DNA from: Chlamydiota bacterium
GTDB lineage: Bacteria > Chlamydiota > Chlamydiia > Chlamydiales > Rhabdochlamydiaceae
DNA: 64,000 nt
Reading direction: 5' to 3'
NCBI GenBank assembly: GCA_013287705.1
Contig: JABDDH010000001.1
Location: 359 to 64,358 of the forward strand
The position numbers and the translations under genes are program-made. Below are positions 41,111 to 49,269 of the stretch, piece after piece (within the stretch, counting starts at the first letter, position 1; each line of letters starts with the position of its first letter). The notes beneath the pieces were generated by a model, which worked only from the letters and a program-made list of their open reading frames with translations, was not told the DNA's origin and did not search any database.

Positions 41111-41775
41111 TTATTACGATTGATGGCGCTGCGGGAACGGGAAAGACAACTATTGCTAAGAAGGTGGCTCAAGCTCTTGGCTGTGTCTATTTTGACACAG
41201 GAGCGATGTATCGTGCGTTTTCTTGGTATCTTTTGCAGAAAAAAGTCTCTCCACAAGATTCTGAAAAAGTCAAAGAGTTGCTTCATTCTTTTGCATTTCA
41301 CATTCGCGTGGAAGAAGATGAAAAGCATTATTTTGTTGGCGAGCATGATGTCACAAAAGCGATTCGTCTCCAAGAAGTTACTGACATTGTTTCCGAGGTT
41401 TCGGCTCTTTTGTCTGTGCGTGAGGCGCTCTGGAAAATCCAGCGCTTTGTGGGGCAAGAGGTGACGGCTGTTTTTGAGGGAAGAGATATGGGGACAGTTG
41501 TTTTCCCCCATGCGGAGAAGAAGATTTTTTTATTTGCTCGGCCCGAAGTGCGTGCAAAAAGAAGATTGCTCGAGCTTTTGCATAAGCATCCTAAAGAGAC
41601 AGCGGGTCTTGATGAACAGACTGTGCTCCAAGATTTAATGCGCAGAGATCAGTATGATTCGACTCGAGAGATTGCGCCATTAAAAAAAGCAGAAGACGCT
41701 TATGAGATAGAGACATCGGATGTATCAATTGATACGGCGGTTGAGATGATTTTAGAGTATATTGGTACCGCATGA
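41098..41775 (+). CDS. cmk: Cytidylate kinase
   Basis: ITIDGAAGTGKTTIAKKVA P-loop and a DTGAMYR motif. The start is 41098 or 41107. Confidence 0.9.
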   Translation: MDYMIITIDGAAGTGKTTIAKKVAQALGCVYFDTGAMYRAFSWYLLQKKVSPQDSEKVKELLHSFAFHIRVEEDEKHYFVGEHDVTKAIRLQEVTDIVSEVSALLSVREALWKIQRFVGQEVTAVFEGRDMGTVVFPHAEKKIFLFARPEVRAKRRLLELLHKHPKETAGLDEQTVLQDLMRRDQYDSTREIAPLKKAEDAYEIETSDVSIDTAVEMILEYIGTA

Positions 41776-42440
41776 GGCCTGGATTTTTACAGCCTGGGAT
41801 GAAGCTTCTCTATCGCATTATTTTGATGCTGACGTGGATTTTTTTTAAGGGTGTCTACAGGCACCGCGTCTATGGCTTAGAGCATTTTTATACTAAGAGT
41901 GCGATTTTAGCTCCCAACCACACCTCTTTTTTAGATCCGCCACTTGTCGCGATCTCTTGGCCAGGAGAGGTCCATTTTTTGGCGCGTGAATCGCTTTTTC
42001 GGGTCCCTCTTTTGGGGCCTCTTATTCGCGCTCTTAATGCTCATCCAGTAACGGGCGATGCGTCAGATATTGCTGTCTTTAAGACAGTAACACTGCTTCT
42101 TAAAGAGGGTAAACAGCTGATCCTTTTTCCAGAAGGGACTAGATCCGATGATGATGCGCTCGGTGTTATTAAACCGGGAATTAGTTTGCTGATTGCGCGC
42201 GCCAATTCTGCAATTATTCCTACCTATGTTCATGGAACATTCGAGATCTGGGGAAGAGAGAGGAAATTTCCAAAGCTCTGTGGGAAGACAGCCTGCGTCT
42301 TTGGCTCTCCGATTCTTTGGGAGAGTTTTGCCCATCTTGAAAAGAAAGAGGCGCAGAGAGCTCTTGCTGACAGGCTATTTTGTTCTATCACGGCACTCCG
42401 CTCCTGGTATGAATCTGGAGCTGAGGGGATTCCCCCTTAA
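41772..42440 (+). CDS. plsC: 1-acyl-sn-glycerol-3-phosphate acyltransferase
   Basis: NHTSFLDP (HX4D) and FPEGTRS motifs. Confidence 0.88.
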   Translation: MRPGFLQPGMKLLYRIILMLTWIFFKGVYRHRVYGLEHFYTKSAILAPNHTSFLDPPLVAISWPGEVHFLARESLFRVPLLGPLIRALNAHPVTGDASDIAVFKTVTLLLKEGKQLILFPEGTRSDDDALGVIKPGISLLIARANSAIIPTYVHGTFEIWGRERKFPKLCGKTACVFGSPILWESFAHLEKKEAQRALADRLFCSITALRSWYESGAEGIPP

Positions 42441-42443
42441 GAT

Positions 42444-42527
42444 TGCGGCCAAGATGACTCGAACATCCACCAAGTTGCCCCGACTAGAACCTGAATCTAG
42501 CGCGTCTACCAATTCCGCCATGGCCGC
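42444..42527 (-). tRNA. tRNA-Leu (anticodon CAG)
   Basis: Minus-strand read: GCGGCCA-TG-GCG-GAATTGGTAGA-CGC-G-CTAGA-TTCAGGT-TCTAG-long variable arm-GGATG-TTCGAGT-CATCT-TGGCCGC-A. The architecture closely matches E. coli Leu tRNAs. Confidence 0.9.
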
Positions 42528-42626
42528 GAAAAATATAGCCATAACTATAGCTGCTTTTTAGATTTATGGGTAGAAAAAAACCAAGGGAGTCCTTATACTG
42601 GGCAGAAAAACCTATGAGGAGATAAA

Positions 42627-42959
42627 ATGAGCGAAAAATTTAAAAAACTTACAGAAGGGACATTTCATCAAGAGATTCAACACGGTCTTTTTCTAGTCGA
42701 TTTTTATGCGGACTGGTGTGGTCCCTGTCGGATGTTGACTCCTGTTTTAGAAAAAGTCTCGCAAGAAGTTGCTGGGAAAGCAACGATTGCCAAACTTGAT
42801 ATTGATCAAGCGCAAGAGATTGCCTCTTCTTATCAAGTAACTTCTGTTCCCACTCTGATCTTGTTTAAAGATGGGAAAGAGGTAGGGCGTCTTGTCGGGC
42901 TTAGAGATGCAGGAACCATCAAAGAGTTTATTCTTTCAGCTGCTAGAACACCTGCTTAA
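42627..42959 (+). CDS. trxA: Thioredoxin
   Basis: WCGPC active site, 110 aa. Confidence 0.93.
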   Translation: MSEKFKKLTEGTFHQEIQHGLFLVDFYADWCGPCRMLTPVLEKVSQEVAGKATIAKLDIDQAQEIASSYQVTSVPTLILFKDGKEVGRLVGLRDAGTIKEFILSAARTPA

Positions 42960-42968
42960 GTTATTATA

Positions 42969-42988
42969 GGGGGAGACCTATCTCCCCC
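42969..42988 (+). terminator. GC-rich hairpin immediately after trxA (8-bp perfect stem, 4-nt loop)
   Basis: gggggaga-ccta-tctccccc. There is no U-tract on either strand, so terminator function is uncertain. Confidence 0.3.
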
Positions 42989-43064
42989 CTAGTACTCAGT
43001 CAATATTGAAATTGCAGCTTTCGCGCTAGCACAATCCGCAATTTCAATGTTGACTGAGCACTAG
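42989..43064. repeat. Palindromic element E (76 nt), with CTAGTAC termini like element D
   Basis: ctagtactcagtcaatattgaaattgc (42989-43015) and gcaatttcaatgttgactgagcactag (43038-43064) match at 25/27 as an inverted repeat. The stop TAG of the minus-strand transporter gene is the terminal CTAG. Confidence 0.8.
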
Positions 43065-45253
43065 TCTACCCAGTGTAAGACGTTGCGCAGGATGGAGAAG
43101 CGGGGTTCTTTAGATGCTGACTTTTCGATTTTGCCAAGTAACCACATATCATACTGTTTTTGTGTAAAGCCTTCTGTTTTTTTAAGCGCAAGCCACTGAT
43201 TGACAAACTGCACGAGACGTGTCGCGTCTTGTCGCATCGGATAACCGAAAGTTCCAGATCCCATTGCAGGAGTGGGTAAAACCACTGTGTAACTCGGATA
43301 TTGGATGGACCAGGCAATTCCTTCTGATTGCGCCCAAAGAAGGGCGTCAGCCCCGGAATTCGTGAAGGATTCATAGTCTTTAAGTGGAATAATTGTCTGA
43401 TGTGGCAGTAGCATCTTGGCGAGGGACTCAAAAGAGCTCCCTTCTAATACAGCAATTCTTAGAGAAGGATTTTTTTCGACAAGCGAAAGCGAGTTGAAAT
43501 GCTTTCTCTGTTTGTCGAGTGTGACAAAGACGAGCGGTTCTTGCAAATAGCTCTCTGAAAAGTTCATGAGTTGCAGATCTTTTTCATTAATGGGAACCCC
43601 TGACATGCCAATATCAAAAAGGTAATTGTTGAGACCTTCAGCGATCTTGTCATACTGCATCGGAATGAGCTCAAGGGTGCATCCCAGGTCGTGTGCAAGC
43701 TCTATGGCAAAGGCGATGTCATAACCGACAATCTCTTGCTTCTCATTATAAAAACAGAAGGGGATGGCGTTGCAGTTGTAGCCGACGCGTAAGATGCGCG
43801 TTCTCAGAATGCGCTCAAAACTGCTCTCTCCTGGGAGAGGGACAACGGCTGAAGGCGGAGTATTGTAGATGCGAATGGAAGAAGATTCAGGGAGAGAGAG
43901 GGTATAAATAGTCTCTGTTTGATTGATAATTTGAGGAAGGGGGAGCCAAGACTTTAATATGTAGACGGCAAGAAGTAGGGGAGCGATAATCACTAAGAGA
44001 TTACGCAAACAGCTTTTCCAATTTAGCCGAACAAGGCCCCTGTAGGCAAAGGTGATGCATAAAGAGACGGCGCTGATTTCAGTTGCAGAGATGAGAGATT
44101 GAAAGCCTGAAGTAAAAGGGAGTGTGGTCATGTAGAGTTGAATTGTCTCTAGAGGGAGCCCCAGTGCTTCTGTTAAAAAAGAGAGGGTGTTGATCCACGA
44201 GCCAAGGCCGACAGCGCCAAGGCTTGTTAAAAAAGTTGTAAAAACGAGCTCTACTCGTTCCATTGAAGTGAAGGGAACGGAGTAAAAAGAGGCTGCAAAT
44301 AAGATAAAAGCGACAGTGAAAAGAGATCCGAGGGGAAGATTGAAGACGAGGGAGACAACACCCTGGATTTGATTGTTTGGCTGCGTCTCATTGGGATAAA
44401 AGGAGATGAGGGAGCGTTTGATCATTTCAATCATATAAGGCAGGGAGACGATCACAAGGTTAGTTGTGTAGGCTAAAAGAAGGATGGGGAGCATCTCTTT
44501 GATCCACTTCCCCGCGTTTAATGACGTGAGCATGCTGATTAGACGAGGGAAGATCCAAAAGACGATGGAAAGAGCCGCTAGGATGTATAGAATAATGTAC
44601 GCGCTCATTTGTTTGATTGTGTCTAGATTAATTGTCCCTACTTGATAGGAGATAATGATAAATGTTCCAAGAGGGGTGATGCGGGAGATCCAGCTTGTGA
44701 TGCGGGTCAGCCCGGAAAGTAATGTTTCGAGGCCTGACATGAGGGCGCTTTTTTCTTTGAGCTGCATGAGGGCAAGGCCAATGAGGATAGAAAAGATGAC
44801 AACCGCCGGCAGAGTGTTGTTTGATAGTGCAGAGAAGATGTTTTCTGGAATTAATAAGCCTGCAAAATTCAGATGAGACTGCTCTAGTGACGTGTAGGCG
44901 CCTTGTGATCCACCGGAAGATTCTGGCAGGAGCATTTCGATAAGAAAGATGAGGATGAGGTTGATTGTCCAGGCAAGGCAGATGAAGAAGCTGCCTTTTT
45001 TTAAGATTTGGACGGCTTGAGAGCTCTCTAGTTGCCCAAGCCCATGGATTAGAGCGCAGATCAGGTAGGGTACTGTCGTGATTTTAACAATCATGATGTA
45101 CGCTTCGCAGAAAGGGTTAAGGCTTGTGCAGAGATCCCCAAATAAGAGGCCAATAAAGATACCAAAGCAGGTAGCTAGTAACATCTGAAGGGGAAGCGAG
45201 AATTTAAAAGGATTTATTTTATAGAGGAAATTGCTGTTGTCTGAGTGCTTCAT
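43061..45253 (-). CDS. Fusion protein: divergent dicarboxylate/amino-acid:cation symporter (DAACS)-like membrane domain, an extra TM helix and a family-3 solute-binding domain
   Basis: The N-terminal 410 aa or so is multi-TM with a GltP-like layout (LQMLLATCFGIFIGLLFG..., ...SLGAVGLGSWINTLSFLTEALGLPLETIQLYM...), but I did not find the canonical NMDGT-type motif. A TM helix follows (NLLVIIAPLLLAVYIL). The C-terminus looks like SBP_bac_3 (LRVGYNCNAIPFCFYNEKQEIVGYDIAFAIELAHDLG...DIGMSGV). Confidence 0.65.
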   Translation of the reverse strand: MKHSDNSNFLYKINPFKFSLPLQMLLATCFGIFIGLLFGDLCTSLNPFCEAYIMIVKITTVPYLICALIHGLGQLESSQAVQILKKGSFFICLAWTINLILIFLIEMLLPESSGGSQGAYTSLEQSHLNFAGLLIPENIFSALSNNTLPAVVIFSILIGLALMQLKEKSALMSGLETLLSGLTRITSWISRITPLGTFIIISYQVGTINLDTIKQMSAYIILYILAALSIVFWIFPRLISMLTSLNAGKWIKEMLPILLLAYTTNLVIVSLPYMIEMIKRSLISFYPNETQPNNQIQGVVSLVFNLPLGSLFTVAFILFAASFYSVPFTSMERVELVFTTFLTSLGAVGLGSWINTLSFLTEALGLPLETIQLYMTTLPFTSGFQSLISATEISAVSLCITFAYRGLVRLNWKSCLRNLLVIIAPLLLAVYILKSWLPLPQIINQTETIYTLSLPESSSIRIYNTPPSAVVPLPGESSFERILRTRILRVGYNCNAIPFCFYNEKQEIVGYDIAFAIELAHDLGCTLELIPMQYDKIAEGLNNYLFDIGMSGVPINEKDLQLMNFSESYLQEPLVFVTLDKQRKHFNSLSLVEKNPSLRIAVLEGSSFESLAKMLLPHQTIIPLKDYESFTNSGADALLWAQSEGIAWSIQYPSYTVVLPTPAMGSGTFGYPMRQDATRLVQFVNQWLALKKTEGFTQKQYDMWLLGKIEKSASKEPRFSILRNVLHWVD

Positions 45254-45671
45254 ATAGCACTATAGAAACAGCATTTGAGAGATTTAGGCAACGGGATTTT
45301 TTTTTCATTGGAATGGTGTGGAAAGCGTCACCCCACTTTTTATGAAAAATATCAGGAAGCCCAGAGGTCTCGGATCCGAAGATCAAAATAGCATCTTGTG
45401 AATAAGAGGGTTCTGTGTAGAGTTTACTGCTTTTACTGGAGTAGAAGTAGAATGGGCAATTGCTCTTTTCCAAAAAATCTTCGAGATCATCAATAAGAGT
45501 GACTTGCGCACCTCCCCAGTAGTCAAGACCTGCTCGCTTCAGAGCGCGAGCGGAGGTGCTAAAGCCAAGTGGTTTAACAAGAATTAGTTCCGCGCCTGTA
45601 ACGGCGCAGGTTCGAACGATATTCCCGGTATTTTGGGGGATTTCCGGTTGAAATAGGACAATTTTATACAC
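45219..45671 (-). CDS. trmL: tRNA (cytidine/uridine-2'-O-)-methyltransferase TrmL (SpoU/YibK family)
   Basis: 150 aa; IVLFQPEIPQNTGNIVRTC, GSETSGLP and LNLSNAVSIVLYEA. Confidence 0.85.
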   Translation of the reverse strand: MYKIVLFQPEIPQNTGNIVRTCAVTGAELILVKPLGFSTSARALKRAGLDYWGGAQVTLIDDLEDFLEKSNCPFYFYSSKSSKLYTEPSYSQDAILIFGSETSGLPDIFHKKWGDAFHTIPMKKKSRCLNLSNAVSIVLYEALRQQQFPL

Positions 45672-45676
45672 GAATG

Positions 45677-46450
45677 TTATCTGATCACTTCTCCACTTGG
45701 CAGCGTGGGGATAACAATTTCAGAGTGATCGGCTTCGTTTTGTTCTTGAACAAGAGTCTCCAGCTCGGAATCGATGCTATGTGCGCGGACAAGTTCGATG
45801 TCAAATGTCAAAAGAGAGTTAGGGGGGAGGTAGCCGGCAGATCCATAACCTAAATCTGGGTGAATGAAGAGTGTTCGTTTTTCTCCTTCTTTCATGCCAA
45901 TCAGCCCCCGATTAAATCCAGGAATCGCCTCATCAAGAAACATCTGCTCGTCATCTTTGGAGAATCCAAAAATCGTACCGTCAATATATTTTCCTGTGTA
46001 GCGGATGATGGGAGAGCTGTGAGCTTGAACTTCTGCTCCGGATCCCTCTTTTTCAATCTTGTAATGGAGTTTGTCGGCATCAAGTTGCACAATTCCAGAG
46101 GCAGTTTTGTTCTTTTCCATAAATTCATTGGCAACTTTTAGGTTCTCTTCAGCCACTTTTTTAAAATTAACTTCTTGTAAAACAGAGATTGCTTGAACGC
46201 ATTCTTGTTCTGACATAGGAGGCACCTCGCCTGCAATTGAATTTTGCAGTCCACGAATAAGGTCGGCGATTTCAAAATTAAATCCTAGGCTCTGAATGTT
46301 TTTCCCAATAAGGTGCCCAAAGGATTCTGAGATTTTTTTAATATCGACTTGAGCCTCTTCATTAGAGGCTGGAACGACAGGTTCAGGTTCTGCTGCTTTA
46401 AGGGATAAAGAGACGCACAGTAAGCATGCAGCAAGTATAAATTTAGACAT
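45677..46450 (-). CDS. mip: FKBP-type peptidyl-prolyl isomerase, Mip-like
   Basis: A signal peptide (MSKFILAACLLCVSLSLKA) and a C-terminal FKBP domain (YTGKYIDGTIFG...IPGFNRGLIGMKEGEKRTLFIHPDLGYG...LLTFDIELV). Confidence 0.88.
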   Translation of the reverse strand: MSKFILAACLLCVSLSLKAAEPEPVVPASNEEAQVDIKKISESFGHLIGKNIQSLGFNFEIADLIRGLQNSIAGEVPPMSEQECVQAISVLQEVNFKKVAEENLKVANEFMEKNKTASGIVQLDADKLHYKIEKEGSGAEVQAHSSPIIRYTGKYIDGTIFGFSKDDEQMFLDEAIPGFNRGLIGMKEGEKRTLFIHPDLGYGSAGYLPPNSLLTFDIELVRAHSIDSELETLVQEQNEADHSEIVIPTLPSGEVIR

Positions 46451-46485
46451 AAAAAAACCTCCTCGATAATAAAAACTGAATTATC

Positions 46486-47787
46486 CTACTTTTTTAGGAA
46501 AGAAGCAAGGGCTTTTATCTCTTCCACAAAAGAGACTAGAGAAATTTCTCTTGTTTCGCGTAAATGCATCTGCTTGAGTTGGGCAGTTCCCCGGATCAAT
46601 TCGTCGTCTCCGATGATAACGACATAGTCTGCTTGTAGTTTGTTTGCTAGTTGCAATCCGTGCTGTACTTTTTTCAAAGAGAGCTCCATCTCCGCTGGAA
46701 TATGAGCTCTACGCAGTGTTGTGAGTTGGGAAAAGCAGAAATCATAACTTTTTTCTCCAAGGGCAATCAGAAACACGAACGGGTGAGCTCCTTGAGGAAA
46801 AGGAGTCTCTTGTTTTGCAAGGGTCTGTAGGATTCGTTCTATCCCTGTTCCAAAGCCAACAGCTGGGAGAGCGGGCCCGCCTAAAGAAGGGAGAAGGCCA
46901 TCGTATCTTCCGCCGCCACCGAGACTGTTTTGAGCGCCAAGGCTTCCTGAGGCGACCTCAAAGACTGTTTTTGTGTAGTAGTCAAGCCCTCGAACAAGTT
47001 TCGGGTTGATTTGGTAGGGGATCTGAATTTTGTCGAGTAGTCGTGTGACCTCTTGAAAGTGAGACGCCGCATCAAGGCTCAGAGCGTCTAGAATTGAAGG
47101 GGCGTTGCCTAAGAGTTCTATGTCAACTGGATTTTTAGAGTCTAAAATGCGCAAGGGGTTTTTTACAAAACGCTCTTGACTCTCTGCAGAGAGACTCTGC
47201 ATGTGAGGGCGCAGGTAGTCTTGCAGGGCCCTTTTATAATTTGCGCGCGACTCTTCATCCCCCACAGAATTGATGATGACGTGTAGGGAGTGGAGGCCAA
47301 GGCGTCGATAGGTTTCGTAGAGAAGATCGATACATTCGACATCTTGAGCGGGCCTTCCGACTCCAATAGCTTCTACTCCAAATTGATGATGTTGTCGATA
47401 CCTGCCAGCCTGGGGTCTTTCGTAGCGAAACATGGGGCCGATGTAAAAAAATTTATGAACAGAGCCTTGAGCTTGGAGTCGATTCTCAATAAAAGCGCGC
47501 ATCACAGGAGCTGTTCCCTCAGGGCGCAGGGTGAGGGATCTATCTGCCTTATCTTTAAATGTATACATCTCTTTAGAAACAATGTCAGAGGCGTCGCCGG
47601 CGCTTCGAACAAATAGGTCCGTCTCTTCAAACAGTGGTGTGCGAATCTCTTTATAGTCGTAGTCGTGCGCAGTTTCTCGGATCACAGACTCGACATGCTG
47701 CCATTTATCGGACTGACGCCAGATCGCTTCTTTATTTGGCTCTTCAGGTAAGATGTCAAAGACGCCTTTTGGGGCTGAATATCCCAT
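46486..47787 (-). CDS. hisS: Histidine--tRNA ligase
   Basis: KGVFDILPEE, FRYERPQAGRYRQHHQFG and GGGRYDGL motifs. ATG 47787 is preferred; the track start is 47814. Confidence 0.93.
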   Translation of the reverse strand: MGYSAPKGVFDILPEEPNKEAIWRQSDKWQHVESVIRETAHDYDYKEIRTPLFEETDLFVRSAGDASDIVSKEMYTFKDKADRSLTLRPEGTAPVMRAFIENRLQAQGSVHKFFYIGPMFRYERPQAGRYRQHHQFGVEAIGVGRPAQDVECIDLLYETYRRLGLHSLHVIINSVGDEESRANYKRALQDYLRPHMQSLSAESQERFVKNPLRILDSKNPVDIELLGNAPSILDALSLDAASHFQEVTRLLDKIQIPYQINPKLVRGLDYYTKTVFEVASGSLGAQNSLGGGGRYDGLLPSLGGPALPAVGFGTGIERILQTLAKQETPFPQGAHPFVFLIALGEKSYDFCFSQLTTLRRAHIPAEMELSLKKVQHGLQLANKLQADYVVIIGDDELIRGTAQLKQMHLRETREISLVSFVEEIKALASFLKK

Positions 47788-47913
47788 TAATAATCCATTG
47801 TTTTGCCGTCTCATAGTGGATTAATTTCTATTTTTTTCATAGTTATTTATTTGCTGGAGAAAAGGGAGAAAAGAGGTTGACTTTAGGGGGAAATCCTTTT
47901 ACCATTTACGGGT

Positions 47914-49254
47914 ATGGTGTTTAAAAAAATTTTAAGCCTGTTAAAGCCCGCTTCCCATCTGCCTGAGATTCAGGATGGGGCTGTTGTCGCAACAACTTAC
48001 AAATATTGGCGCATGCGCGTTTTTTATAGTATGTATGTCGGCTATGTCTTCTACTATTTCACTCGAAAAAGCTTAACTTTTGCAATGCCCGCACTGATGC
48101 AGGACCTTGGGTTTGACATGAGTGATCTGGGGATTTTTAGCAGTATTTTGGCTGTGAGTTATGGGATTAGTAAGTTTGTCAATGGGATTTGGGCAGACAG
48201 GTCTAATGCCCGCTATTTTATGGCTTTTGGCTTGATTTTGACGGGAGTGCTAAATATTTTATTTGGCTGTGTCTCCTCTCTTTTTCTTTTTTCTCTCCTC
48301 TGGGGATTGAACGGCTGGTTTCAAGGACATGGCTGGGGGCCTTGTGCTAGGCTTCTCACTCATTGGTATTCTCAGAAAGAACGTGGCACCTGGTGGGGAG
48401 CTTGGACCACAACGCATGGTGTTGGGGGTGGGGTGATTCCGATCGCTACAGCCCTTTTGGCTCAAGAGTTTGGTTGGCGCTACGCTATGGTTTTGCCAGG
48501 AGTATTGGCAATCGCTATGGGATTTTTTTTAATTAATCGGTTGCGCGATACACCTCAATCACTGGGATTGCCTTCAATTGAAAAGTTTAATAACGATTAT
48601 TCGACTCAAAAGCCGCATGAAAACGAGTTGACAGTGAGAGAGCTCCTCTTTCAGTATGTTTTAAGAAATAAGTACCTCTGGATACTCGGCATCTCCTATT
48701 TCTTTGTTTATGTGATTCGATCGGCGATTAATGACTGGACTGTTCTTTACCTTGTACAAGTCAAGGGATACTCTTTAATCGCAGCAGGGAGTTGTGTGAG
48801 CCTTTTCGAGCTCGGTGGTGTTCTTGGCAGTGTGGTGGCAGGGTGGGCCTCAGATAAGATCTTTGCAAGTAAGCGCTCGCCTGTAAATATTTTATTTAGT
48901 CTTTTGGTGATTATTCCCGTTAGTCTACTCTTTTTTTCTCCAGCAGGGGCATTCTTAATTGATTCTACGCTTCTATTTTTAATTGGTTTCTTTATTTTTG
49001 GGCCTCAAACGTTAATCGGGCTTGCAGCAGCGGAGCTGTCACATAAAAAGGCAGGAGCTTCTGCAACAGGCTTTACAGGTTCGTGGGCCTATCTGGGAGC
49101 TGCAGCCGCCGGCTACCCATTAATTAAGCTGACAGAGCTTTTTGGATGGGAGGTCTTTTTTATGACGCTCGGAGCCTGTGGAGTGATCACCGCCCTTCTT
49201 CTGTTACCTCTCTGGTCTGTGCGCACGAATCCAAAATATGAGTTGAATAATTAA
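47914..49254 (+). CDS. uhpC: MFS hexose-phosphate transporter (UhpC/UhpT family)
   Basis: 12 TM segments. The organophosphate:Pi antiporter family N-terminus is present (YKYWRMRVFYSMYVGYVFYYFTRKS, ADRSNARYFM). It lies between hisS and dnaE, as I recall for Chlamydia. Confidence 0.85.
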   Translation: MVFKKILSLLKPASHLPEIQDGAVVATTYKYWRMRVFYSMYVGYVFYYFTRKSLTFAMPALMQDLGFDMSDLGIFSSILAVSYGISKFVNGIWADRSNARYFMAFGLILTGVLNILFGCVSSLFLFSLLWGLNGWFQGHGWGPCARLLTHWYSQKERGTWWGAWTTTHGVGGGVIPIATALLAQEFGWRYAMVLPGVLAIAMGFFLINRLRDTPQSLGLPSIEKFNNDYSTQKPHENELTVRELLFQYVLRNKYLWILGISYFFVYVIRSAINDWTVLYLVQVKGYSLIAAGSCVSLFELGGVLGSVVAGWASDKIFASKRSPVNILFSLLVIIPVSLLFFSPAGAFLIDSTLLFLIGFFIFGPQTLIGLAAAELSHKKAGASATGFTGSWAYLGAAAAGYPLIKLTELFGWEVFFMTLGACGVITALLLLPLWSVRTNPKYELNN

Positions 49255-49269
49255 TAGCGGGATGGGGTC

